Below, in pieces: positions 1 through 8,866 of a DNA stretch of 64,000 nucleotides. The stretch is taken from positions 1,587 through 65,586 of the forward strand of contig CALXPZ010000006.1 of the NCBI GenBank assembly GCA_944390375.1. Direction: 5' to 3'. The notes beneath the pieces are model-generated. The model saw nothing but the letters and a program-made list of their open reading frames with translations. It made no database searches and was not told where the DNA came from. The number at the start of each line of letters is the position of its first letter. Within the stretch, counting starts at the first letter, position 1. The translations under genes were made by a program, and so were the position numbers. The stretch comes from an uncultured Alphaproteobacteria bacterium (GTDB lineage Bacteria > Pseudomonadota > Alphaproteobacteria > RF32 > CAG-239).

Positions 1-483
1 CCGCGGATCAATATAAACGGATTCCACGGTTTCACCGCTCTTAACCGCAATTTCGTTTTCCGGATTAAGCGGATCGGGACGGATTTCAATCTCCGGTTTA
101 TATTGTTCCCAGATAATGCCGGCGCCGGAAATCAGAAAATCGTTGCGCGCGTATTTAATAACGCTGTCAAAATCAAATTGTTCCAAATCCCAGCGCAGGG
201 CATTTTCCAAAATTTCGCAAGCCAGTTTTTCTGCCTTGCCGGCATTTTTTTCGCTGCGCTCAATATAAAATTTCGGCTGTTTGAAATACAAAAACGGCTT
301 CAGGGTTTCTACCGTCGACCAGAAAATATTATATTTCCCGTTGCGGCTGCCTTTGCTGTCTTTATAAAAATCGCGGGTTTCATCCACCAAATCATAATAT
401 TTGGCATAAGCCTTTTCCGCCTCGCCGATTTTTTTCAGCCATTCTTCCACCAAAAGTCTTTCGTTTTTCAATTCCTCAGTCAT
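1..483 (-). CDS. phage portal protein (N-terminal part; gene runs off the window edge)
   Basis: Minus-strand reading from an ATG at 483 gives MTEELKNERLLVEEWLKKIGEAEKAYAKYYDLVDETRDFYKDSKGSRNGKYNIFWSTVETLKPF... with no stop before position 1. It sits directly downstream of the large terminase in a tightly overlapping phage operon, where a portal is the expected gene. Family assignment is by context, not by a recognised motif. Confidence 0.45.
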   Translation of the reverse strand, partial: MTEELKNERLLVEEWLKKIGEAEKAYAKYYDLVDETRDFYKDSKGSRNGKYNIFWSTVETLKPFLYFKQPKFYIERSEKNAGKAEKLACEILENALRWDLEQFDFDSVIKYARNDFLISGAGIIWEQYKPEIEIRPDPLNPENEIAVKSGETVESVYIDPR

Positions 484-733
484 CGTTTATCACTCCCAGA
501 ATACTGCTCTCACGGACGACCACCACATCTTTGTCCGGTGTTTCCAGTTCGTCAAAAACATGAAACAGAACCTTGTCGCCCGCTTTGACGGAACGCACGT
601 CTTTCCCCGTACTTTCCACCACGCCGACCGTGCGCGGTTCATCAATATCCGCCGCCAGCAAAATGCCGCCGGCCGTTTCTTTCTGTGGCGCCAACCGGAT
701 AAAAATCCGGTCGGCTATTGCTTTCATTTTCAT
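476..733 (-). CDS. GroES-like co-chaperonin (Cpn10 fold), 85 aa, embedded in the phage packaging module
   Basis: The translation carries the GroES hallmarks: N-terminal A.ADRIFIR, the mobile-loop anchor TAGGILLA, VGVVESTGKDV, and the C-terminal VVVVRESSILGVI (compare SESDILAIVE in E. coli GroES). Its start and stop overlap the neighbouring ORFs by 4-8 bp. Confidence 0.6.
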   Translation of the reverse strand: MKMKAIADRIFIRLAPQKETAGGILLAADIDEPRTVGVVESTGKDVRSVKAGDKVLFHVFDELETPDKDVVVVRESSILGVINDD

Positions 734-963
734 TTTTCTTTCCTTTCAAAAAAGAAGATTGACATAAAAAACGCCGCCCATTGATCGGACGGCCCATATT
801 CCCGGGTCTTACCGGCGGCAATGCCTCCTGCCGCAATCGGAACCACCGGCGGCAGATTGCCACGGACAAAACTCAGCCGGCCGGCAAACTGCTCCCAATC
901 CCTTCTGACCGGCATCTCGACCGGTTCAAAGAAGTTGTTCTTGACGAATAAGTCTTCAGGCAA
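730..963 (-). CDS. small hypothetical phage ORF (77 aa) between the large terminase and the GroES-like gene
   Basis: An ORF with ATGA-type overlaps on both sides, fitting a translationally coupled phage operon. No recognisable motif. Confidence 0.3.
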   Translation of the reverse strand: MPEDLFVKNNFFEPVEMPVRRDWEQFAGRLSFVRGNLPPVVPIAAGGIAAGKTREYGPSDQWAAFFMSIFFFERKEK

Positions 964-966
964 CGT

Positions 967-2358
967 CTACCATCCGCTGTTTTTTCCCCTCTCTGCCAAA
1001 GAAAACATTTCTTCCACCGACACCTTACCGTTGCCGTACAATTTCGGCATTCCGTAATCGTAAACCGGTTCGGCAAAAGTGAGCGCCAGCGCATCGGCCT
1101 TATCAGGAGAACGCCCGAGGCGTTTTTTTACCTCGTCCTTATCTTCCAGCTGCAGGCGTCCGCGGCCGTCAAATTTCTTGTTTACAGCGGTCAGTTCGTC
1201 AAACAGATCCTCGTCGGCAGGCAATTCCGGCGGCGGCAGCTCGCCGAGCCAGCGGTTGATTTTATCCCACATTTCCGCCCGCCGGTTGAAATACCGATCT
1301 GCTTTTAACGCCTTTTCGCCAAAATAAACACCGCGGATAATCTCACCGAAACCGCGGTCTTTCAAAATATCGTAAACACCGGCCCCCTGTCCGCCGATAT
1401 CCATAAACAGCCGCACCGGACGCCGTTCTTCAATGATATTGGTGGCAATATTGGCCACTTCCACGTTATTTTTGCCGCCGTAACTTTCAAACCCCGTAAC
1501 CAGCCGTCCTTTGCGAAAACAAAACACCGTTTTGTCGTCGCCGAAACGGGCAATATCAAGTCCCACCACCAGCGGCGACGTGGTCGAGGCAATTTTGCGT
1601 TCAAACGCCCGCCGCACGTCGGTTGCGCTGATGATCCGTTCTGCGCCTTGCGAAAGCGGAGCTCCCATCCAGATATGCTGGTAGTTTTCGGGATTTTCCC
1701 GCCGACATTTTTCCGCCAGCAAACGCATTTCTTCGGGACAAAAAGGATTGTCGCAATAGTTAACCCGCCGGATCCAGCTTCGTTTGTCGGGGTTTGCCGC
1801 CACCGCCGTCCAAACCGGATCGTTTTCATAAAGCCTGTTCATGGAAATCCAGATTTCTGAACCGTCCTTGCGGATGGTCGGTTCCAAAATTTCCCAGCTT
1901 CGTTTACTGATCGACTGAGCTTCTTCAACCCAGGCAATATCCACGCCTTCAAGCGATTTTATTTTTTGGCTGTCCTGCTCGCGCAATCCTTTGAAAATAA
2001 AACGGGTACCGGTAACCCTGTTATCAATTCTGTCTTCATAAACCTTGTAATCGGACAACCCGTAAAAGGCAATGCGGTCAGCCAAAAGCTTATGGACGGA
2101 ATCTTTGATTGAATCCTGAATTTCCCGCAAACAGGCAATCAGCAGCTTTTTTTGCCGCCCGAGCAAAAGCAGGCTGTCGGCAAAAGCATAAGACTTTCCG
2201 CCGGCACGGCCGCCGTAACACATCTTAATCCTGTATTTTTTCGTCATCAACGGCGCAAACACTTCCGGAATCCGCGCGGTAACCTTCTTCATCATCTCCT
2301 CCTTCATTTTCATCTGCCCGATCAGCCTGCTGCAGCCGATTTCCCTCGGTTTTGACAA
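967..2358 (-). CDS. phage terminase large subunit (PBSX/XtmB-like); true start probably an internal Met near 2292-2313
   Basis: Walker A motif YGGRAGGKS, a Walker-B-like LLIACLREIQD, and a C-terminal nuclease-like region with acidic residues (DIARFGDD...MDIGGQGAG). Length 440-463 aa is typical of a TerL. Confidence 0.85.
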   Translation of the reverse strand: MSKPREIGCSRLIGQMKMKEEMMKKVTARIPEVFAPLMTKKYRIKMCYGGRAGGKSYAFADSLLLLGRQKKLLIACLREIQDSIKDSVHKLLADRIAFYGLSDYKVYEDRIDNRVTGTRFIFKGLREQDSQKIKSLEGVDIAWVEEAQSISKRSWEILEPTIRKDGSEIWISMNRLYENDPVWTAVAANPDKRSWIRRVNYCDNPFCPEEMRLLAEKCRRENPENYQHIWMGAPLSQGAERIISATDVRRAFERKIASTTSPLVVGLDIARFGDDKTVFCFRKGRLVTGFESYGGKNNVEVANIATNIIEERRPVRLFMDIGGQGAGVYDILKDRGFGEIIRGVYFGEKALKADRYFNRRAEMWDKINRWLGELPPPELPADEDLFDELTAVNKKFDGRGRLQLEDKDEVKKRLGRSPDKADALALTFAEPVYDYGMPKLYGNGKVSVEEMFSLAERGKNSGW

Positions 2359-2779
2359 AGCGCACCAAAACCTGTTTCAACTCATCGTCGGCCTTATTTT
2401 TGACATCGCTTTTTTCCACCCAGCCGTGATTGGCCTTAAGCGCGGAAATAGACATGGACGAATTGTAAAAACCGAGCCCGGCAGCATTCATCAGCCATTC
2501 TTCCTGATAAAGTTCCGCCTTCAGATAAGCTTCCGCAAATTCCGGATATTTTTCCCGCCAGCGGGCAAGAGAACCGACCGCAACGCCGATTTCGTCGGCA
2601 AACCGCACAAAAGTCGGACAAGGTGCCGGCACTTTTTCCGCAACTTCTTCACATTTATCGCTTTTTTTGCTGTATACGGTATGCATCTCCGTATGATACA
2701 AAGGGGCGTTCTTAAACCACGCCACCAGCTTTGCCGCATATTCGGGGCAATATTCGTCTGTTTTTAATTTCCTCTTCAT
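2225..2779 (-). CDS. phage terminase small subunit (putative), counted from the internal Met MKRKLKTDEY
   Basis: About 185 aa, immediately upstream of and overlapping terL. HTH-like stretch RFADEIGVAVGSLARWREKYPEF and an acidic C-terminal tail. The reading upstream of 2779 is low-complexity and probably not coding. Confidence 0.5.
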   Translation of the reverse strand: MKRKLKTDEYCPEYAAKLVAWFKNAPLYHTEMHTVYSKKSDKCEEVAEKVPAPCPTFVRFADEIGVAVGSLARWREKYPEFAEAYLKAELYQEEWLMNAAGLGFYNSSMSISALKANHGWVEKSDVKNKADDELKQVLVRFVKTEGNRLQQADRADENEGGDDEEGYRADSGSVCAVDDEKIQD

Positions 2780-3228
2780 TTCCTCTGCCGTCTGTAATTT
2801 GATCTGCCATCCGTTGCCGCTTTTCCCCGCATCACCACACCACCTTTTCCGGTTTTGGCTGCCGAAAAAGATTAAATGGATACAAAAAAGGGCACCGCCC
2901 GACGCGATGCCCCGTAATAAGGAGAAAAAACATGGATACTTTTTGATTGATCGGCCCACCCTCAGAACCGTCAAAAAAAAATGGACAAGCAGGAAAACCG
3001 CCTACTCATCCATTATGGAAAAAATCTATACCACAATCTGACGAAAAAATCAATACTTTCTCTGAGAAGTTGTGGATAAGTTTTATATTTATATGTAAAT
3101 TCAACAGGATAAACAACTTCAATTTTCAACCGAACGGCCCTGATTTAGACATTTCATTTGTTCAAAAACAAAAAGGCAGGCATCAAAACAACTGCCCACC
3201 CTTTCATTTATATATAAAACAACATATT

Positions 3229-3555
3229 CTACACATCATCCTCAATTTTTTTGGGATTCTGTATTTTCTGATGCAAAGCATTATTATGCAGCCGCCGCAA
3301 ATATTCCGTACATTGGTGATAATCCTCAATAATGTCAACGGCCAGCATGGTTTCTTTGCTTACTGTTTCATAACGGCATAAAAGCGCTTCGACGCCGCAT
3401 AATAAATTATATGTATTGATCGCCCCCCGCGTTCTCGGCTTGGAATATTCCATCATGTTCAAAAATTGCCTGAAATCATCTCTCAACTTTTCCGGGGGCT
3501 GACAACTGTCATAAATGTCTGTGCCTTGATATTTTTCGATATTCATTATCATCAT
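3229..3555 (-). CDS. hypothetical prophage protein (108 aa)
   Basis: ORF in an AT-rich prophage segment, same strand as the packaging genes. No motif recognised. Confidence 0.35.
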   Translation of the reverse strand: MMIMNIEKYQGTDIYDSCQPPEKLRDDFRQFLNMMEYSKPRTRGAINTYNLLCGVEALLCRYETVSKETMLAVDIIEDYHQCTEYLRRLHNNALHQKIQNPKKIEDDV

Positions 3556-3667
3556 CCTTTACGTTTTAAAACAAAATCAACCATACTCTAATACACAACT
3601 AAAATTTTTAATAATATTTTATTGCAAATAATAACAGGTTTTTATACATAAAAAAACATATATCAAA

Positions 3668-4150
3668 TTAAACATTCCAATAAAATTGAATAAGCCTGTC
3701 CAGTCCGCGACATAAATCTCGCCTCATGGCATAGTTCATTTCCGATTTCCACCTGCTTTTCGAAACATCTGTTTCCGGTTCTCTGTTTTCCAAACATACA
3801 CTTTTAACAACCGGCCAAAACTCGTCCGGAACATGCTTAACAGCTCTAAAATATCGCTCTCTTGCTTTGCAGATAAATTCAATGTCAAGAGCACTCTTTC
3901 CTTTACAATCCACTTTTTCTTTTGCCGAAAAAACCGAACCGGACATAAAACATGATCTTTCAAAATCTTGTTGCAGACATTCGGCCGCCTTTAACCTGTC
4001 TTCTTTCGAATATCGCGGATTTCCCAGCTCCAACCATCCTCTGAGTGCATATCTTTCCAACAGCGTCATTTTGCAAACACCACCCTTGCTATGCACAAAT
4101 CCTTGCCTGACACAGCTTTTTTTATCAATATATTTTTCCTGATTTTCCAT
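3668..4150 (-). CDS. hypothetical prophage early protein, divergent from the repressor (start at MENQEKY, or M1 at 4177)
   Basis: ORF of 160-169 aa transcribed divergently from the CI-like repressor across a 95-bp palindrome-rich intergenic region. That is the position of a cro- or antirepressor-like gene in a lysogeny switch. Confidence 0.4.
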   Translation of the reverse strand: MENQEKYIDKKSCVRQGFVHSKGGVCKMTLLERYALRGWLELGNPRYSKEDRLKAAECLQQDFERSCFMSGSVFSAKEKVDCKGKSALDIEFICKARERYFRAVKHVPDEFWPVVKSVCLENREPETDVSKSRWKSEMNYAMRRDLCRGLDRLIQFYWNV

Positions 4151-4177
4151 CACGTTTTCTCCGATTGCGCATACCAC

Positions 4178-4272
4178 ATATATACATTATATGTACATAA
4201 TGTCAATACGGAATATGTAATTTACAAACCGCCTTTTTTATTACATAATCTGTAATAAACAAGGAGTGTATT
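4178..4272. promoter_or_regulatory. divergent promoter/operator region of the prophage lysogeny switch
   Basis: 95-bp AT-rich intergenic region with a perfect 10-bp palindrome TATGTACATA (about 4199-4208), reiterated TACAT/ATGTA motifs, and an AAGGAG ribosome-binding site 7 nt upstream of the repressor ATG. Confidence 0.4.
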
Positions 4273-4938
4273 ATGAACAACAAATGGACCTGGCTAAAAG
4301 AATACATGCAGAAAAACAACATCTCTCAGGGCGATGTAGCCGATGCCCTGAAATGGCAAAAAACACGAGTTTCCGAACTTTTGTGCGGCAAACGGGACTT
4401 TCCCGTCAACAAAGTTTTTCCCGCCGCCCGCTTTTTTAATCTCGACCTGGAAGAGTTTACCAAATACAATTCCGGCTTTTCCAAAGAAATACCGTCAACC
4501 GCCGGCAAAACCCCGCTCAGCCGCGCTCAACGCTGCATGGTTTCAATAGATATCGTCGAAACCTCCGCCACCGCAAAACAAACACGCTTTCAAACAATCG
4601 GACAACAAACGATCAACGAAGAAATTTTCAAAATGTTAACCGCCTCCGCTCCCGATTCCGTCAAAGCTATGTTTTCCCGCGGAGATTCCATGCAGCCAAC
4701 CATCAGCGACGGTGATTTGATCTGGGTCGATATGTCGATCAACACGCCGACCGTCGACGGCCTTTATCTGTTTGCCATCAGAGGGGAAATTTTTGTAAAA
4801 CGCCTGCAAATGGACAACTTTAACCGCACGGCCTCCATCATTTCCGACAACCCGCTCTATCCGCCGATAACAATTAACAAACCGGATAAAATATCCACTC
4901 TCGGCAAAGTCATATCGGTAACCAAAGTATACCGCTGA
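4273..4938 (+). CDS. phage CI/LexA-like repressor (XRE HTH + S24 peptidase domain)
   Basis: N-terminal HTH (NISQGDVADALKWQKTRVSELLCGKR). C-terminal S24 self-cleaving peptidase with Ser in GDSMQPTISDGDLIWVD and Lys in IFVKRLQ. Confidence 0.8.
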   Translation: MNNKWTWLKEYMQKNNISQGDVADALKWQKTRVSELLCGKRDFPVNKVFPAARFFNLDLEEFTKYNSGFSKEIPSTAGKTPLSRAQRCMVSIDIVETSATAKQTRFQTIGQQTINEEIFKMLTASAPDSVKAMFSRGDSMQPTISDGDLIWVDMSINTPTVDGLYLFAIRGEIFVKRLQMDNFNRTASIISDNPLYPPITINKPDKISTLGKVISVTKVYR

Positions 4939-4982
4939 CATTGCCCGCCGCTGCTCGATATTTTGACGACAGCCTTACGAAA

Positions 4983-5021
4983 AACGGGAGCAAACCTGTA
5001 TTTACTCCCGTTTATTTTTAT
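4983..5021 (+). terminator. rho-independent terminator after the repressor gene
   Basis: Stem AACGGGAG...CTCCCGTT followed by TATTTTTAT. Confidence 0.5.
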
Positions 5022-5038
5022 AAAATGACCGCTGATAT

Positions 5039-5791
5039 TTATTGATTCTGAAACGCTTTCTCCTCCTCGTTAAGCGCTTTTTCTTCCGAAATCGGCTGTT
5101 TTGTTTTCTGATCATAACGAACGTTCAGTTCCACCGGTTTTTTGTTTGAACGTAGCTGAATGGCCAAATCAATAACGTCGTCTCCCATATCAATTCCCCA
5201 GGGAGAACTTTCCTGCGTTCCGCCGTGGATCACCATTCCTCTCCGCCCCAGGGTATCGGTGGTAAAATCGGGCAACATCCACACCCGGTAGTCGCCCCAC
5301 AGGGCATAACCGCCCGGCCATTCTCCCCGGCCGAAAGCGCCTTTCAGCCTCTCCCAGACGGAAGCATCATAATAACGTTGCATCTGATCGACGGAAACCC
5401 ACCATTTACCTTCAGGTACCCGACTTTTTTCATTTGTTTTCTCTGCCGTATAAATTTCAAACTGCTGATTCCAGTTATAAAACGGCATATAAAGAAATGC
5501 AGCCGCCGTCAGCAAAGGCAACAACAGCACTCCCAAGGCAGTCTTAACATATTTTTTCCGCCAAAGGAAGATGCCTGCAATCGTCATCACGACCAAAAAG
5601 GGAATATAAATACTGTGAAAGGAAAAATAAACTTCCGGATCGGAATACAACCACCCCCACTGCGGATATCCCCAATAAACAAAATTATCCTGCAAATATT
5701 CCTGATAAAAACTGTCCGCCGTCAACACCAGATAAAACAGGTTAGCAGCCGCCAGCAAACAAAAGAAAACATATCCCGCAATTTTCTTCAT
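5039..5791 (-). CDS. hypothetical membrane protein (about 4 N-terminal TM helices plus a soluble C-terminal domain)
   Basis: Hydrophobic N-terminus (YVFFCLLAAANLFYLVL..., IYIPFLVVMTIAGIFLW, LGVLLLPLLTAAAFLYM) and a C-terminal domain containing GMVIHGGTQESSPWG. No family assigned. Confidence 0.45.
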   Translation of the reverse strand: MKKIAGYVFFCLLAAANLFYLVLTADSFYQEYLQDNFVYWGYPQWGWLYSDPEVYFSFHSIYIPFLVVMTIAGIFLWRKKYVKTALGVLLLPLLTAAAFLYMPFYNWNQQFEIYTAEKTNEKSRVPEGKWWVSVDQMQRYYDASVWERLKGAFGRGEWPGGYALWGDYRVWMLPDFTTDTLGRRGMVIHGGTQESSPWGIDMGDDVIDLAIQLRSNKKPVELNVRYDQKTKQPISEEKALNEEEKAFQNQ

Positions 5792-6516
5792 GCTTCAATC
5801 TCCAAGAAAAAATAATCATACGTTTTGGCTACAATGACATTAAAATAAATAAACAACGGCGACCCCGCAACAATCGCTATCCAGCTTCCTGCTCCGACCG
5901 CCTGACCCGCCAGTTCCATAATACCAAACATTGCTTCAAATAAAAAAAGCAAAAATGTCATTCGCCAATAATTTCCCTTTGTTTTGGCAAATGCCGTCCG
6001 CAAAGAACCGCTGCGTCCGAGCAAAGAACTGATCCAAGCCATCATCGGGCGATAAAAGATAAAAGGCGCCGCAAATATCAAAACGACGGCCGTCAAAACA
6101 TCGACCGTCCGCCCGTCTTCCATATACTCTTGCAGATAAACGGCATATTTTACCGCCCATTCGGAACCGTTTCCGATAAACAGCGGCAACAGCGGCAAGG
6201 CCAGCAGAAAAGTCAAAACGCAAAATGCCAACGCCAGAATTTTGGTTGACGGCAACAAGGTATCAAACAATTTAACCGTTGCCAGATAAGGTTTTCTGTT
6301 AAAATAAAAACGAAAGAAAAAACACCAAAAAAGATAATAGGCAATCCCCCAGGGCAGAAAAAAGAGATCATGCCAGCCGTCAATCAGTTCAAAACCGGCA
6401 ATCAAAAAAAGAATATGCACAGCCGAAAATAAAGCAATCTCCCGTTTTCGCCCGACCATATAGCGCCAACTTTCCCGAAACAAATCCGCAAGGGCTATCG
6501 TTCTGGCATCGGTCAT
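5788..6516 (-). CDS. hypothetical polytopic membrane protein (242 aa)
   Basis: Multiple predicted TM helices. Overlaps the downstream ORF by 4 bp. It occupies the position where tolB/pal would normally follow tolA. Confidence 0.45.
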   Translation of the reverse strand: MTDARTIALADLFRESWRYMVGRKREIALFSAVHILFLIAGFELIDGWHDLFFLPWGIAYYLFWCFFFRFYFNRKPYLATVKLFDTLLPSTKILALAFCVLTFLLALPLLPLFIGNGSEWAVKYAVYLQEYMEDGRTVDVLTAVVLIFAAPFIFYRPMMAWISSLLGRSGSLRTAFAKTKGNYWRMTFLLFLFEAMFGIMELAGQAVGAGSWIAIVAGSPLFIYFNVIVAKTYDYFFLEIEA

Positions 6517-6530
6517 AATATATCCTCCAT

Positions 6531-7487
6531 CTACTGCACGGTATGGCTGATCGGATCAAAGCGCAAAAGCATTGTTTTCCAGACGTCATATTTGTCGCCG
6601 TGTTTTTGTGCCAAAATACTGTACGGTTGGCAAATATAAACGGCACGCCGCGCACTGTCTGCCACCGAGCGGAAATGAGCATCGGAAGCATAACGTCCTT
6701 TATCCAGAATATCAACTTTTTGCACTGATCCGTCCTGTCCGAGATAGGCTCGAATTTCAACGACCATACCCTCAATTCCCATAGCGCCGGGATCAAGATT
6801 CCAACATTGTCTCAGGCGTGCGGCAATCGCGTCCGTTTCCGAAATGGAAAGCTCGCTGAAATAAGAGCCTCCCGAACCACCTTCAATCCCCATATTGGCG
6901 GTTTCCGTTCCTTCTTTTACGGTCGCCTCGCCGGCCTCCGCATTCAGTTTCTTTTCCAGCGCATTAACCGAATCCATCAGGTTTTTCAAGGCGCTGACCT
7001 CGGGAACTTTTTTCTCGGGCGCCTTTGCGGGAGCTGTCTTTCTGCTTTCTTTCTTCACCGCCGGTTTGGAAGGTGTCGGGCGTTTGGGCTCTGGTTTCTT
7101 TTCCGGCAGCTTGGGCTTTGACGGCTGCGGCGGCACGACAAAACTTTCTTTTTCCGGCAGCGGAGCCTCCTCTTTTTCGGCCGGCGCCGGAGTTTCAATC
7201 ATACTCGGCTGTTCGATCTTCTGCGGTTTGGGATCCGGTTTTCTGACCGGCTTGGGCTGCGGGACCGGCGGCGTTTTTTTGGGTGCCGTCGGCATTTTAG
7301 TTTCTTTTGCAAATTTTGCTTTTGCCGGCAGATTGGTCATTTCGGAAATCTTAACCTGATCCAGATCGACAATAATCGGAGGCTGGCTCAATACCATATC
7401 CTTATGCCAAAACAGCGGTATGTCTGCCATTGCCAGCAGAAATACGATTGCATGCAGCGCAAGGGATTTGTAAAGAGCCGATTTCAT
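6531..7487 (-). CDS. tolA: TolA-like protein (TonB-family C-terminal domain with a Pro/Lys-rich linker)
   Basis: N-terminal TM anchor, a long proline-rich spacer (PKKTPPVPQPKPVRKPDPKPQK...PKLPEKKPEPKRPTPSKP), and a C-terminal TolA/TonB-type domain. It sits immediately downstream of tolQ-tolR. Confidence 0.65.
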   Translation of the reverse strand: MKSALYKSLALHAIVFLLAMADIPLFWHKDMVLSQPPIIVDLDQVKISEMTNLPAKAKFAKETKMPTAPKKTPPVPQPKPVRKPDPKPQKIEQPSMIETPAPAEKEEAPLPEKESFVVPPQPSKPKLPEKKPEPKRPTPSKPAVKKESRKTAPAKAPEKKVPEVSALKNLMDSVNALEKKLNAEAGEATVKEGTETANMGIEGGSGGSYFSELSISETDAIAARLRQCWNLDPGAMGIEGMVVEIRAYLGQDGSVQKVDILDKGRYASDAHFRSVADSARRAVYICQPYSILAQKHGDKYDVWKTMLLRFDPISHTVQ

Positions 7488-7490
7488 TCT

Positions 7491-7940
7491 TTATTTCTTC
7501 TTCATTGTTTGTGCGGGATCCGGTTCTGTCTTAAGGCCGACTTTATCAAAACCGGCATTTTTCAGCATAGCCATCAGGCCGATCACCCGTCCGTACTGGG
7601 CATCCGTATCGCCGGAAATGACAACGCTGATCTCGGGATTGGCCTTACGCACGGCCAGTACCTTGGCCACGATTTTGTCGGCGGCAATTTCATCTTTCCC
7701 GATATAATAGACCCCCTCCCTGTTGACGCTGATATTAAGGGAGGTTTCTTTGCCGGTCAGGTTTTGCCCGCCCACTTTCGGCAAATTCAAGGCAATTCCG
7801 GAAGTCATCAGAGGTGCGGCCACCATAAAGACAACCAAAAGCACCATCATCACATCCATCAGATTTGTGATGTTGATCTCGGCATTGCGTCTTTTCGGCC
7901 GCCGGACGCGGGTTCTTCCCGATGTTGCAAAATACGTCAT
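7491..7940 (-). CDS. tolR: TolR/ExbD biopolymer transport protein
   Basis: 149 aa with the ExbD/TolR N-terminus (RRNAEINITNLMDVMMVLLVVFMV) and periplasmic domain. Overlaps the tolQ stop. Confidence 0.85.
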   Translation of the reverse strand: MTYFATSGRTRVRRPKRRNAEINITNLMDVMMVLLVVFMVAAPLMTSGIALNLPKVGGQNLTGKETSLNISVNREGVYYIGKDEIAADKIVAKVLAVRKANPEISVVISGDTDAQYGRVIGLMAMLKNAGFDKVGLKTEPDPAQTMKKK

Positions 7941-8677
7941 TATTCACCTGCCATATCGGCTTTAATGGCCGTATCATCAATTTCACGCGACAAAATACTC
8001 GAAAATTCGGCCATAAAGTTCTCCAGCCGGTTGGCATAACGGTCTATGTCAGACGAAATTTTGTTATAAGCGACCACCGCCGGAATAGCGGCAATCAACC
8101 CGAAAGCGGTTGTAAACAAAGCCTCGGCAATACCGGGGGCAATCGCCGACAGCGAATTGCTTTGCGTTGCGGCAATCGCGTTAAAACTGTTAATAATTCC
8201 CCATACGGTACCAAACAACCCGACCAGCGGCGCCACCGAACCGGTTGAAGCCAGAAACCCCATCCGTGTATCCAGCTCGTCCAATTCTTTATCCATCGAA
8301 ACGGTCATGGCTTTTTCAATCCGCTGCTGCAGAGAAACACCGCGCAGCCCGCGGTCGGTTTTTGACTTCAAAATATTGGTTCGTTTCCATTCCCGCATGG
8401 CTGCCACAAACATTGCCGACATCGGATCGGCCGGTCGGTTGCCGATACTGTCATACAAACGGTCCAGCGATCCCCCGGACCAGAATTTGGATTCAAAGCT
8501 GCGGGAAAGTTGCTTAACTTTGCGCAAAGTCCCCACTTTTTCGATAATAATCGCCCACGACCAGACCGACGCGGCAATCAGCCCGATCATCACCGCTTTG
8601 GTTACAAAGTCGGAATTCCAGACCAAATCCCACATTGACATCTGTTGAGCGGCTTCTGCCAAAGTTTGCGTATCCAT
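7940..8677 (-). CDS. tolQ: TolQ/ExbB proton-channel protein
   Basis: 245 aa with three TM helices and the MotA/TolQ/ExbB signature (VGLFGTVWGIINSF, IAPGIAEALFTTAFGLIAAIPAV). Confidence 0.85.
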   Translation of the reverse strand: MDTQTLAEAAQQMSMWDLVWNSDFVTKAVMIGLIAASVWSWAIIIEKVGTLRKVKQLSRSFESKFWSGGSLDRLYDSIGNRPADPMSAMFVAAMREWKRTNILKSKTDRGLRGVSLQQRIEKAMTVSMDKELDELDTRMGFLASTGSVAPLVGLFGTVWGIINSFNAIAATQSNSLSAIAPGIAEALFTTAFGLIAAIPAVVAYNKISSDIDRYANRLENFMAEFSSILSREIDDTAIKADMAGE

Positions 8678-8866
8678 TTTTTACCTCTTATACAAATTAC
8701 AAAACCGGCGCTTTATAGCGGCAGCACCCTGTTATTTGCGGTAAAAATAACACAAATTCCTAAACAATCAATTAAATTAAAACGCTTATCAAAAAATTTG
8801 ACATAAAATTATTTCTTGGCTACAATCATCTTGTTTTCTTAATTATTAACAAATTACATATAGCTT

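Noticed and set aside
103-588. 161-aa + strand ORF at the window start
   Set aside because: Low-complexity translation lying antisense to the much more convincing portal and GroES-like genes. Treated as an antisense artefact.
1-2779. Interpretation of the terminase/portal block as an RcGTA-type gene transfer agent
   Set aside because: An adjacent CI/LexA-type repressor and a GroES-like gene are not features of RcGTA-like clusters, and no g3.5/g4 protease or capsid gene is visible. Prophage remnant preferred, though GTA-like domestication cannot be excluded from this window.
5039-5791. Possible L,D-transpeptidase/Tlde1-like assignment for the membrane protein, based on a GMVIHGG motif
   Set aside because: There is no catalytic Cys in the expected SHGC context, and a single short motif is insufficient. 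Left as hypothetical.
6531-7487. Calling the Pro-rich protein TonB rather than TolA
   Set aside because: The PKP/PEP-type linker is TonB-like, but its position immediately after tolQ-tolR in a ybgC-tol operon favours TolA. Both share the same C-terminal fold. Kept as TolA-like with moderate confidence.
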